This document shows, piece by piece, positions 1 to 9,764 of a stretch of 64,000 bases of DNA (positions within the stretch are counted from its first letter, which is position 1; the number at the start of each line of letters is the position of its first letter). The notes below the pieces were generated by a model that had not been told where the DNA came from, did not search any database, and saw nothing but the letters and a program-made list of their open reading frames with translations. The stretch lies in contig OZ252239.1 in assembly GCA_965249485.1 (NCBI GenBank), forward strand, positions 1,856,001-1,920,000, written 5' to 3'. Source of the stretch: a bacterium (GTDB lineage: Bacteria; SM23-31). Both the position numbers and the translations under genes were made by a program.

Positions 1-161
1 CCTTTAGGAAAAATCCTCACTTATTCAACGGACTCTATTTCGGGGAGAAGGTCAGACGCGACCCCATTATCTTTCGGGAGGCGGAGTGTTTATCCCAGTT
101 TTGTTTTCCGGTTTATCTCATGAACAGAGAGGGTGTAGGGGTATGCGTTCCATGTTGAAGG

Positions 162-191
162 CTCCCTGGGCCGCATGGGTATCGCGGTAAT
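162..191 (+). repeat. Degenerate copy A of ~30-bp intergenic direct repeat
   Basis: CTCCCTGGGCCGCATGGGTATCGCGGTAAT; 18/30 identical to copy D, with only transitions in the left half. Confidence 0.4.
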
Positions 192-218
192 TATAGTTAT
201 CCTCTCTCCTTATCCACA

Positions 219-2663
219 TTAGTTGTTCGACGTCTCCCGGATGATCCGGTCGTACACTTCGCGCGCCTTGTCATAGGTAGCTTCAGCGGCGGCTCGTTCT
301 TCCTCACGAATCAAGGGATACTTCTTGGTCCAGCATTGATCCACGGCGCGCCGGCACCACTCGGCACTACGCTTCGAGGCACGTACCGGCTTACCATCTA
401 CAAGCACAAAGATAGGATTCGTATGCGCACTGGGATAGATCCTCACTGCAATCCAACTCGATTGCTGAACAGGATAGGAGAACGATAGCTCATTCCACCC
501 GCCGTCGGCGACTATTTCTTGTGTTTCCACAGAGATTCCGTTGACGATAAGCTCTACCGGAACCGTACGTGTTGCCCCAATACGAGCACGCTCAAGATGC
601 CAGTAAGGCTGTTCATACATTTTCTTCGATGCGATACGTGCCCCGGTTTCGTTTTGCTCCAATGGGAGATAGGCGGCAGCCCTGGCGGTAATCCGAACCG
701 GCTGCGCGCGCTCAAGGGACAGTTCGCTGCCGTGTGTGCCCAGCTCTCGATTGTTGATGGAAAAGTCGATGATGTGGGATCGTCCTTCGGAGACGTAGCT
801 CCGTCCTGCACGGACTGTTTCCACGTAACTGTCGTAATCGAGTTTCTTCTCCTGCCAGGCATAACTGCGTGCCATCCCTACACGCTCGTCGAAAATGCAG
901 GGGAAATCGGTCTCTCCGCTCAAACGTGTCCTGAATCCGGTATTGAGGGTGTGGTACCACATATTCAGCTCCCACGGTGCGGGTGTATCGCCGGCAGAGT
1001 AAAAGTCTACCGCATCCTGCGTGACCGTAACGATATATTCATTCGCGCCAATACCGTCCATTTTAGGCATCACATAGTTGGGGAGATCATCAGTGGGGGT
1101 CACCGGCTCTAATCCCCATCCGGAGTGGGCATATCCCACAACACCACCTTGCCCCTTTGCCCATTGCAAGACAGGCAGGGTCCAGCTGGGCCATTCTTCG
1201 ATAGTGGACGTGCCCGGATAGTCGTCTTCCTGTAATCGGAGAAGACAGACATGACCGGCGTGAGAGGATGGAAATCCCGAGACCTCCACATCGTAGCGCA
1301 TGATGTTCTGTCCGGTAGAAAGAGGATGCACCTTGCCTGTAAAGAACGTTTTCTGATGGTACCAGCAGGGCCCCCAGGTTAAAACACTGGCCACATTTAA
1401 ATCTTCGCCCAGAACCTGGCGCCACATGTGTTCCGGCCGTACACCTTCTTCGGGGCTTTCGTAATGGCTGCATCCAGCTGCGTGTACATGATGGTCGGCA
1501 CTATACCATCCGAGACCGGCCATATGAATCCATCGTTTCAGTTGAAACGAGACTTCATACGTTTCCACTTCAGGCGGAACAACGATTTGCTTCGTCTGAA
1601 GAATGTATTCCGGTCCCCGGGTAAAGGTTATATCATAGGTACCCGGCGGTAGCAATACATGCTCGCCATTGGTGCGGTAAACTTGAGGATGAAAGAAAAA
1701 ATCGGGATAGGTATCACTCGTTGCGACCCGACGTGAAGGCAGGGGATAGATACCTGTTAGCCGTTTAGCAGGTGTGAGAGCAGAAAATTTGTATTTTTCG
1801 TTTTCTTGAAAACCTGGGCTTCCAAGAGTATCATATTCTCTGCGAGCCAGACTTAACCGGTAATCGGATGGTAACTCCACGCCGTTTGTTATCCGCTCTA
1901 ACCCATCCGTAATCACAAACGAAGCCATTGCAGGCGCGCCGTCATCGTCTTTAACGTTGAAGATTACGCTCACTGAAGGACGGCAGTTAAACAGGATATC
2001 GATGGCATTACGAAATCCGATATCCTGGGAACCCTGGCCGATATGAAACCCTAAATTTGCCTCCCGCTGCCCTACGTCTTTGCTATAGATTTGTACGATA
2101 GCATACTCCAGTTTGAGTCCGGAGAGGTTGGGGAGAAGCGGCCGGTTTCGATACATCGAGACTTCCAAAAAGCGGTTGGCCACTTGTCCGGGCATGAGGA
2201 TATTTTCGGGCTTCACACGCGGTGAGTTCGTCGAGATATGGAGGGGCGGAAGTGCGTTGGTGCTCTCTGCTTGCAACCTCGCCGTGACGCCGGCCTGGTT
2301 ATGGACTTTGATCAGAAAACTCTTCCATCCTCCTTGAATCAACTCTGCTACACCAGGTCCACGTACTACCATGACGCGCCCTTCGGCACTGATATTCACC
2401 TGGGCAAGACAGTACGGATCCAGAATTTCCTGGATACGTCTCGTCGTCTCTTCGTTCAGGGCGTTGTTCTGCAGCGCCTTGAGACGTGCTGCATCTTCAG
2501 CGGATAACGCACTTCCTAAAAAAGAAAGCGCTTCGTCGAGTCTGAGGGCCTGTGCCAGTAAGGGCTGAGGTTCGACCCCGGACACATTGCGCAGGGATTG
2601 TGTATAGACCGTGCCCGGTACTAAAAAGCCTATGAGTATGATCCAGAGAGATAACTTCTTCAT
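219..2663 (-). CDS. Secreted CehA/McbA-type (PHP-like) metallohydrolase
   Basis: 814 aa; N-terminal signal peptide; metal-binding motifs ADHHVH, GYAHSGWG, SGETDFPC. Confidence 0.75.
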   Translation of the reverse strand: MKKLSLWIILIGFLVPGTVYTQSLRNVSGVEPQPLLAQALRLDEALSFLGSALSAEDAARLKALQNNALNEETTRRIQEILDPYCLAQVNISAEGRVMVVRGPGVAELIQGGWKSFLIKVHNQAGVTARLQAESTNALPPLHISTNSPRVKPENILMPGQVANRFLEVSMYRNRPLLPNLSGLKLEYAIVQIYSKDVGQREANLGFHIGQGSQDIGFRNAIDILFNCRPSVSVIFNVKDDDGAPAMASFVITDGLERITNGVELPSDYRLSLARREYDTLGSPGFQENEKYKFSALTPAKRLTGIYPLPSRRVATSDTYPDFFFHPQVYRTNGEHVLLPPGTYDITFTRGPEYILQTKQIVVPPEVETYEVSFQLKRWIHMAGLGWYSADHHVHAAGCSHYESPEEGVRPEHMWRQVLGEDLNVASVLTWGPCWYHQKTFFTGKVHPLSTGQNIMRYDVEVSGFPSSHAGHVCLLRLQEDDYPGTSTIEEWPSWTLPVLQWAKGQGGVVGYAHSGWGLEPVTPTDDLPNYVMPKMDGIGANEYIVTVTQDAVDFYSAGDTPAPWELNMWYHTLNTGFRTRLSGETDFPCIFDERVGMARSYAWQEKKLDYDSYVETVRAGRSYVSEGRSHIIDFSINNRELGTHGSELSLERAQPVRITARAAAYLPLEQNETGARIASKKMYEQPYWHLERARIGATRTVPVELIVNGISVETQEIVADGGWNELSFSYPVQQSSWIAVRIYPSAHTNPIFVLVDGKPVRASKRSAEWCRRAVDQCWTKKYPLIREEERAAAEATYDKAREVYDRIIRETSNN

Positions 2664-2903
2664 TGTTCATTCTCCTCCGTTAGATACATCTTTCCTCCAT
2701 ACATTGTGGAGTCCTTTAGATTACAAAACCACCCCTACGGTATAAATATGTTTATAAATGTAGGATGGTCTGTTTTAAAATGCAACAAATAATATAAAAT
2801 AGCGGGAGAGAACCGGTTAAAAGACAGAACTTTTCGGACTCATGTTAATTTTTCTCTTAATTCTTTTCATTGTTCTTTTTATTATTCTTTCTTGAAGATC
2901 TAA

Positions 2904-2933
2904 GTCCCCGGGCTGTGCGATGTGCGAACCTTT
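2904..2933 (+). repeat. Copy B of ~30-bp intergenic direct repeat (att-like)
   Basis: GTCCCCGGGCTGTGCGATGTGCGAACCTTT; 23/30 identical to copy D. Confidence 0.75.
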
Positions 2934-3028
2934 GAGGTTAAATGCATTCGATAGTACAACCTACTTTTATAAGAGAATTGATATTAATGCCTGATGCTTA
3001 CATTACACCAGTATTACGTTAATAAAGC

Positions 3029-3688
3029 TCATCCTGATTGTAGTGCTTTTAAATATGTTAATGAATAGATGTGTTGCAAAATAAACAGCGGAACTGCAAA
3101 CATAGGGATCAGAAGAATTGTTAATCCTGCAGTTGCTTCAGGAACGATAACAAAAATCCCTAAGGGAAGAACTATTAGAAAATCCAGAATCCCAACGCTG
3201 TTTGCTGTGATTACCTGCCACTGTTTTACGCCAAATCGCACAATAAGAAAAAATGCAGCTAAACCTGCAATTCCTGCTGCAATATCTCCAAATCCAGCAA
3301 TATCCCTAAACCAGGATAGCAGTTCACTGATCAATGCTTCTGCCAAAATTACTACACCAAAAACTATACGAAGCGCCTGTAATTTCATATAATGTGCCTG
3401 GGGGATAACCATAACGACTTCTTTGTAGGGTTTCCATAGAAGCAAAAGAACTCCTAGAATTACAGGAACGCTTATCCCTAGCAACAACTCCTTTGTAAAC
3501 ACTCCCACTTTAAAGTTAAGAATAGTTATCCCTGATAACCAAAGAAGCAATATAGTACCAACTACAAAAACAGGCATTAAACCCCTTTTGGTCTCTTTGA
3601 GTGCACGAGCTAAAACAATAGTGATACATCCAATAAAAATTAACTCTAAAAGAAGAATTGAGATAATATATATAGTTATACCATTCAT
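3029..3688 (-). CDS. Hypothetical integral membrane protein
   Basis: 219 aa with about 6-7 hydrophobic segments; AAGGA RBS upstream; AT-rich. Confidence 0.65.
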   Translation of the reverse strand: MNGITIYIISILLLELIFIGCITIVLARALKETKRGLMPVFVVGTILLLWLSGITILNFKVGVFTKELLLGISVPVILGVLLLLWKPYKEVVMVIPQAHYMKLQALRIVFGVVILAEALISELLSWFRDIAGFGDIAAGIAGLAAFFLIVRFGVKQWQVITANSVGILDFLIVLPLGIFVIVPEATAGLTILLIPMFAVPLFILQHIYSLTYLKALQSG

Positions 3689-3763
3689 AATAGCATCCTT
3701 TAAGTATTATGTATTCGAATTTGCTATTTACTTGCGAATGGTTATGCCTCCGCTCACTTCGAC

Positions 3764-4861
3764 TTAGGAGCCTCCGAAATTTGGTTGAAGCAAAAGCTGC
3801 TGCTTCTCTGCCGATTCCCGCCACTCGCGGCTGTCGTGCGCGAGTACAGGTTTCTCCAACATCGGATGACCGCGCTCCCGTTCCCAGCGATCCAAATCAG
3901 GCGCGCGGGTCAGCATCATCTTGACCATGAAGGCAAGAGCTCCAAGCTTTGTACCCACCCGCAGGCCGGGTACGATCAGATCAGGATTGGCGATGTATCG
4001 TCGAGCAATCGTCTCGAAAGATTCCGGTGGCCTTCCGCAGATCTCTTGAACGTGATCGGTCGGCGCTCCAACCGCAAACGTACCACCACGAAGCTCCTCG
4101 AAGTAGAAACGAATATGGGCGATCTCGAAGGCCTTCAATCCCTGTGCCGTTGCTGCCTTGAGAAGCATCTTGGGAGGCACGTCCTTGTATTTGACCTTAC
4201 GACCGATTACGTCAGTGAGAACGTCGGCAACGTCGTGCGGCGAAATGAGCTTTGGTCCCGTCGGACGGTAACACTTGCCAATATGAGCAGAGGGTTCAGC
4301 GAGCGCTTCTGCAGCCACACTGCCAACGTCCTCGCTAGAGGGTGGAGCGTTGAGCCCATCACCCCATGGACCAACGAGCATACCAAAGTGCGCGATCGCG
4401 GGCAGACCAAACAAATAGGTAAACGCAAAGAGAACGGGGTTGACGTAGATGACATCGACTTTCGGCATCCATCGGTAAATGTTATTTGCGATCCAGTGCT
4501 CGCGGGTTAGAAGGACTGGGTGGGCTGGATGTGGATTCCAGCCACTCATCAGGGCCACGACTTCCAGTTTTGCCTCTTCCGCTGCGAGTGCGAAAAGCAT
4601 CGTTCCATGAAGGAGGTTGGGGGCCATTGGCGAACAATGGTAGGCACGCTGGACATCGACAAGCGCGCTTCGCAGATCACTCAGATCAAACAGGTTACCA
4701 ACAAAGATCTCAGCACCCGCTTTGCGCAAGGTCTCTGAGCGAATGTCATTTCGCCGTACGAAGGCGCGGACAGGAAATCCCTTCTGTAGAAGCTCCAATA
4801 CTGCGATAGATCCTGTTCGGCCTGCCGCCGATGTGACGAGAATTCTGGGTTTGCTCGCCAT
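3764..4861 (-). CDS. NmrA-family NAD(P)-binding protein
   Basis: Rossmann start ILVTSAAGRTG; typical NmrA C-terminal half (TGPKLIS, TDHVQEICGRPP); AAGGAG RBS. Confidence 0.85.
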   Translation of the reverse strand: MASKPRILVTSAAGRTGSIAVLELLQKGFPVRAFVRRNDIRSETLRKAGAEIFVGNLFDLSDLRSALVDVQRAYHCSPMAPNLLHGTMLFALAAEEAKLEVVALMSGWNPHPAHPVLLTREHWIANNIYRWMPKVDVIYVNPVLFAFTYLFGLPAIAHFGMLVGPWGDGLNAPPSSEDVGSVAAEALAEPSAHIGKCYRPTGPKLISPHDVADVLTDVIGRKVKYKDVPPKMLLKAATAQGLKAFEIAHIRFYFEELRGGTFAVGAPTDHVQEICGRPPESFETIARRYIANPDLIVPGLRVGTKLGALAFMVKMMLTRAPDLDRWERERGHPMLEKPVLAHDSREWRESAEKQQLLLQPNFGGS

Positions 4862-5040
4862 GATTGCTCTCCTTTATCTAATTTGGTGTTACGTTTTACG
4901 GTATTAACAGTCAGTAATTATGAGATTGAAAAGTTATACGGCAGAAGAATAATATTCAAACAAATTGTACGTCGTCAGAATATGTTGGAGTGATTTGATT
5001 AAAGTTTAGAGATGCTGTTAGCTTTTACAAGTCTATTTTG

Positions 5041-5070
5041 TTACTTGGGCTGTACGATTTGTGAAGCTTT
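5041..5070 (+). repeat. Copy C of ~30-bp intergenic direct repeat (att-like)
   Basis: TTACTTGGGCTGTACGATTTGTGAAGCTTT; shares exact 15-mer GGGCTGTACGATTTG and left flank TTACAAGT with copy D. Confidence 0.75.
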
Positions 5071-5117
5071 AATGTATGTTTTATATTTTAATTTTCCAGT
5101 TACCGAACAGCAGAAAA

Positions 5118-6128
5118 TTACTGCCTGAGAGCTACCCATAGCTTTGCCGTAGCATCCCTGCTTCCCGATACGAGGTAGTTCCCGTCAGGGCTGAACGCAA
5201 CACTGGTAACCCAATCAGAATGCCCTTCAAGCGTCTGCACTTCTCTGAATTCACCGTCCGATAGCTGCCAGATCATTACCGTATCATCCCTACCTCCCGA
5301 TGCAAGGTAGTTCCCGTCCAGGCTGAATGAAACACTTCTAAGAGATCTAGCATGACCTTCCAGCGTTTGAAATTCGACGAATTTACCCCCGGAAAGCTGC
5401 CATAGACTTATCGTAGCATCCCAATTTCCCGATGCAAGGTTGTTACCATCCGGGCTGAACGCAACACTGGTAACCCAAGCAGAGTGACCTTCCAGTGTCT
5501 GTACTTCACTGAATTCACTGCCGGAGAGCTGCCAGAGCTTTATCGTAGCATCCCTGCTTCCCGATGCGAGATAATTCCCATCCGGACTGAACGCGACACC
5601 AGTAACATAACCTGAATGCTCCTCAAGTGTCTGCACCTCACTGAATGTATCCCAGGAGAGTTGCCAGAGCTTTACCGTAGTATCAAAACTTCCTGATGCG
5701 AGATAGTTCCCGTCCGGACTATACGCAACATACGTAACAGTTCCAGAATGGTCATCCAGCGTCTGTACTTCACTGAATTTGCCGTCCGAGAGCTGCCAGA
5801 GCTTTACTGTGGTATCCTCACTCCCTGATGCGAGGTAGTTTCCGTCCGGGCTGAATGCGACAGTGACAACATAATGAGAATGCCCTTCAAGTGTTTGTAC
5901 CTCACTGAATTTACCACTTGAGAGCTTCCAAATTTTTATTGTTTTATCTGCACTTCCCGATGCGAGGTAGTTTCCGTCAGGGCTGAACGCAACACTTCCA
6001 ATTTCTCCAGAATGACCTTCCAGCGTCTGTAATTCGACGGTCCTGAACTCCTGGGCAATCTGAGTGTTCGTGAAACTGCATGATACTAAGTACACCGGTA
6101 AAAATAATTTGAACATACAGATCCGCAT
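5118..6128 (-). CDS. WD40-repeat beta-propeller, probable lipoprotein
   Basis: Seven ~44-aa repeats (TLEGH..V.SVAFSPDGNYLASGS.D.T.KLW); N-terminal hydrophobic stretch ending LVSC; start codon uncertain. Confidence 0.9.
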   Translation of the reverse strand: MRICMFKLFLPVYLVSCSFTNTQIAQEFRTVELQTLEGHSGEIGSVAFSPDGNYLASGSADKTIKIWKLSSGKFSEVQTLEGHSHYVVTVAFSPDGNYLASGSEDTTVKLWQLSDGKFSEVQTLDDHSGTVTYVAYSPDGNYLASGSFDTTVKLWQLSWDTFSEVQTLEEHSGYVTGVAFSPDGNYLASGSRDATIKLWQLSGSEFSEVQTLEGHSAWVTSVAFSPDGNNLASGNWDATISLWQLSGGKFVEFQTLEGHARSLRSVSFSLDGNYLASGGRDDTVMIWQLSDGEFREVQTLEGHSDWVTSVAFSPDGNYLVSGSRDATAKLWVALRQ

Positions 6129-6202
6129 TGTTTCCACTATTAATCTCCTTAATCTCAATAATACATATTAAAGAATGCATTGTGTTATTACAAGTGATTC
6201 TG

Positions 6203-6232
6203 CTCCCCGGGCTGTACGATTTGCGTGGGTTT
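6203..6232 (+). repeat. Copy D of ~30-bp intergenic direct repeat (att-like)
   Basis: CTCCCCGGGCTGTACGATTTGCGTGGGTTT. Confidence 0.75.
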
Positions 6233-6330
6233 TTGCTGGAGATTTTCTATTTAAAATGCACGACAATATTAGAATTGTATACAATTGACCAAACATTAAG
6301 GGCAGGTCATCTGTTCAATTGACATTACTA

Positions 6331-8016
6331 TCATATAATCCGGAAATCTGCCCGGACTTCGGGGCTTTCGACGTATCCAAGACGGTGTGCCCGTGCTCTG
6401 AGTGTGGTGCTCGTGGTCAGCTCGATCTTATCGGAGTAGAGGAGCCAGTGAGGGTCTTCTCCTGATTCAGTCGTGTATGCTATCGAAGCGCCCTCGGTCG
6501 GACAGGATATGTACACGGTTTCAGAACCTTGGGACGTGGCTCCACCCGGACTGATCGTTGGTTTTTCGGTTACGTATTGAATACCGCCAGGCTCAAACCT
6601 TTCGATGAGCTCTTCTTCGGGAATATGTCCGAGATCGTTGATCTCTTCCATCCACGTATCAAGAATGCTACCCATACGCTTAAGAACATCTTTATATTTT
6701 GGATCATCGGCAAGGTTGTTGATTTCATGGGGGTCAGCCTGTATGTCGTATAGTTCTTCGACGGGTTTGGTTTCCTGAAAGAACAGTTTCTGCGGTCCCT
6801 CGAGCTTGCCTTCGGCCGCAAGGCGCCGCCATTCCTGCATGGTCGGCATTGTATCCATGTACTCTATATGCTGAGCATAGGGTTTTTCGGGTTGAAAATT
6901 CTTGATGTATTTGAACCGTTTATCCCGCACACAACGGATCATATCATACCTTTCACCCATACGATCACGGTGCGCAAAAACATAATCGCGCGGCTCGGCT
7001 TTCTGTTCTCCGATGAACGGCTGTCCATGCATATATGAAGGAACCTGCACACCCGCAATCGAAAGTACAGCAGGACCAAAGTCAATAGAACTTACGAGCT
7101 CGTCGGAGACAGTGCCGGGTTTGATGACACCGGGCCACCGGATTATCAGGGGAACATGGATCCCTGAATCGTAAACCCAGCGTTTTCCACGAGGCAGCCC
7201 CCGCCCGTGGTCACTCCAGATAAAGACAACCGTGTTCTCAGCAAGACCGTCCCGCTCAAGCCGGGCAAGGAGCTCGCCAACCTGCGTGTCCACTGTTACG
7301 ATATTGTCGAGATACCGCGCCCAGTCCTTGCGAACTACCGGCGTATCGGGGTAATACGGGGGAAGGGTTACGCTGTCCGGGTCTATTATGGGATCGTAAT
7401 CACGTTTTCTGCGAATTTCGCCTTCATGGGTTACGCTATGATTAATGACACTGAAGAACGGCTGGCCCACCGCTCTTCCTTCCCAATCGCCAGGAATGGA
7501 TTCATTTATATACCAGCTGCGGTCTTCATCCCTGTTAGCATCCCACGCTGTCAGTGGTGCCATGAATTGGTGATCTGTTTTAGATCTATTCGTGCAGTAA
7601 TACCCTGCCGCGCGTAAATATTCGGTAAAACACTTTACATACGGCGGAGGAACGGTTTCATAATCAATGTGCCGCATGGCTTTTGGATAGACATGTCTCG
7701 TCGGCATGTGCATTGATCCGATCGACGGGGGATACATGCCTGTAATTATTCCTGACCGGTTGGGTGAACACACAGGAGTAACGGTAAACGCGTTGGTAAA
7801 GGTAACACCTTCTCCCGCGAACCGGTCAATATTTGGAGTGGAGAGTTCGTTATTCCCGTAGCATCCGAGGTCCGGGCTTATGTCTTCGATACTAATCCAG
7901 AGTATATTGGGTCTATTCTGTTCAATCTTTTTAATCGTGCACCGGGGCAGAGCCATCGTTGCTAACCCCGCACCCATTAATTCCATAAATTCCCGGCGTT
8001 TTATCGTGGGCAGCAT
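6331..8016 (-). CDS. Formylglycine-dependent sulfatase, Tat-exported, with C-terminal Fn3-like domain (copy 1)
   Basis: KRREF Tat motif, RPNILWISIED, CSPNR (CxPxR), SDHG, ELYD..ADPHE. Confidence 0.92.
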   Translation of the reverse strand: MLPTIKRREFMELMGAGLATMALPRCTIKKIEQNRPNILWISIEDISPDLGCYGNNELSTPNIDRFAGEGVTFTNAFTVTPVCSPNRSGIITGMYPPSIGSMHMPTRHVYPKAMRHIDYETVPPPYVKCFTEYLRAAGYYCTNRSKTDHQFMAPLTAWDANRDEDRSWYINESIPGDWEGRAVGQPFFSVINHSVTHEGEIRRKRDYDPIIDPDSVTLPPYYPDTPVVRKDWARYLDNIVTVDTQVGELLARLERDGLAENTVVFIWSDHGRGLPRGKRWVYDSGIHVPLIIRWPGVIKPGTVSDELVSSIDFGPAVLSIAGVQVPSYMHGQPFIGEQKAEPRDYVFAHRDRMGERYDMIRCVRDKRFKYIKNFQPEKPYAQHIEYMDTMPTMQEWRRLAAEGKLEGPQKLFFQETKPVEELYDIQADPHEINNLADDPKYKDVLKRMGSILDTWMEEINDLGHIPEEELIERFEPGGIQYVTEKPTISPGGATSQGSETVYISCPTEGASIAYTTESGEDPHWLLYSDKIELTTSTTLRARAHRLGYVESPEVRADFRII

Positions 8017-8422
8017 CGTTATACTCCTTATTTATTATAAACTGATATTTTCTCAATCAAACTTCTGAAAAAGATTAATAGGGATTTTGTTGAATTACGA
8101 GGCCAATGTGAATTGTGATGTGTGTTGTCAGATATCTCGGACGCTATGATTCAAATATCTATAAATCCTTGAGCAATAACAAGATTTATATTCCATCTCA
8201 AAGATTATATACTCTCCTATAAGCCGTCATTCCATATAATTGATCGTCTGCCTGTACACAGACAACGATTCAAACCTTAAAAATATCATTTCCTTGTTAA
8301 GCATGATATTGAAGGTCATAAAAGTATCCGGTACAATTTTAATATAAATTCTATTTATTAATACAAAATTTATTTAGATATTCATTTTGTAATTTCTAAC
8401 ATAAAATAGAAAAGGATTACCA

Positions 8423-9535
8423 ATGCATCCTAAACTAAATGATGAAAATAAACAATATGAGAAACAGTATAAATCGTTCTTTGAGAAATTCTTCGATAAT
8501 TTAATAAATGAGTTCTTCAAATATACAGGATATAGAGATGAAGAAGATATCTCTATAAATGATTTGCCAATATATTATTTCATTAAATCTTTACCATGCC
8601 AGATATATGTTAAACGAATAAAAATTGATAAAGAAATGAATGACGATGCAAAAAGTGAAGTTTACTTTATTATAAAATATGATTTTACAAAATTAGGAAA
8701 ATTAGAATTTAGATATTTTGGTGAAACTAGTATAAATGACTTACACAAGTGTTCTGAATTAAAGAATGAATATTATCTTGACTCTGAACAAATTGAAAGA
8801 ATAAAAAAACTAAATTATAGTTCATGCTATGGTTTTGATCCTTGGATATGGATAAGCATTTTACATTATGATTTATTGAAAGACTATCAATGTTATACCA
8901 ATGATTTTCTGTTTAATCTACGTTATAATTTTAGGAAAGTTATTTTTGAGAAGTTTGACAAAACACCAGATTTTAATTCCGAATACAATCTTAAACCAGA
9001 TAGAATGTACACAAAAAATCAATTGCTTAAAAAATGTGGACCTCTTAACTCCTTTGGCAAGATCAACAAAAATGGAAGAATAGGTAAAATTACTTTTAGA
9101 GACTTGCAACAAAATGTTTCTAACATTCAATTAATTCCTACAGTCTCTAAAGATGTTAAAAAAGTATTTAAAGCTGCAAAGAAATTATATATGTTTGGCT
9201 ACTTCGACTATTTTTTCTTTACTATATCGCAACATTATGCATATTTAGCATTAGAATCTGCATTAGCGAACAAGTATGAAGAATTATTTGGCGAAACCAA
9301 AGATTATTTGAATTTCTATAATTATATTGAAGAATTTGTAAAGAGAGGGATTATTCCAAAACGAGAAGAACCACATTACCATGCTGCGCGAAGATTGAGA
9401 AATTCTCTATCACATTTAAAAGAACCTGCAACATGGTTACCTGATAGTGAGACACTTAGTTGGGTTGCTTCAAAAATAAACCAATTGTATCATAAAGAAT
9501 TTAAGATAAAAAATGAACATATAATCAAAAGTTAG
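8423..9535 (+). CDS. Hypothetical protein with C-terminal HEPN-like domain
   Basis: 370 aa, very AT-rich; ALESAL helix followed by RNSLSH (RxxxxH). Confidence 0.6.
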   Translation: MHPKLNDENKQYEKQYKSFFEKFFDNLINEFFKYTGYRDEEDISINDLPIYYFIKSLPCQIYVKRIKIDKEMNDDAKSEVYFIIKYDFTKLGKLEFRYFGETSINDLHKCSELKNEYYLDSEQIERIKKLNYSSCYGFDPWIWISILHYDLLKDYQCYTNDFLFNLRYNFRKVIFEKFDKTPDFNSEYNLKPDRMYTKNQLLKKCGPLNSFGKINKNGRIGKITFRDLQQNVSNIQLIPTVSKDVKKVFKAAKKLYMFGYFDYFFFTISQHYAYLALESALANKYEELFGETKDYLNFYNYIEEFVKRGIIPKREEPHYHAARRLRNSLSHLKEPATWLPDSETLSWVASKINQLYHKEFKIKNEHIIKS

Positions 9536-9764
9536 AAATAGATTTAAAGATTTTAAATGATGAATGGGGATTTAACAGATGGAGAAGTTTTTAATAAATG
9601 GATAGAAGGATTGATGCAGAGAAAATACTGGGCAATTCCGATCAATGCAAGTTGATGTTGTAAGTCGAGTGAAAAATGTTATGTAAAAATTTGGAGTGGA
9701 AGTCGATTTGGTTGTGTGGGAAGTTATAGAGAAGATTATTTGAGGTATAGCTGATAAATTATAT

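Noticed and set aside
5118..6050. 132-bp periodic repeats as a CRISPR array or DGR
   Set aside because: They are in-frame WD40 coding repeats; there are no spacers, cas genes or reverse transcriptase.
162..6232. Classical integron attC sites
   Set aside because: No RYYYAAC/GTTRRRY-bounded palindromes, and the integrase lacks evident IntI features and sits at a tRNA.
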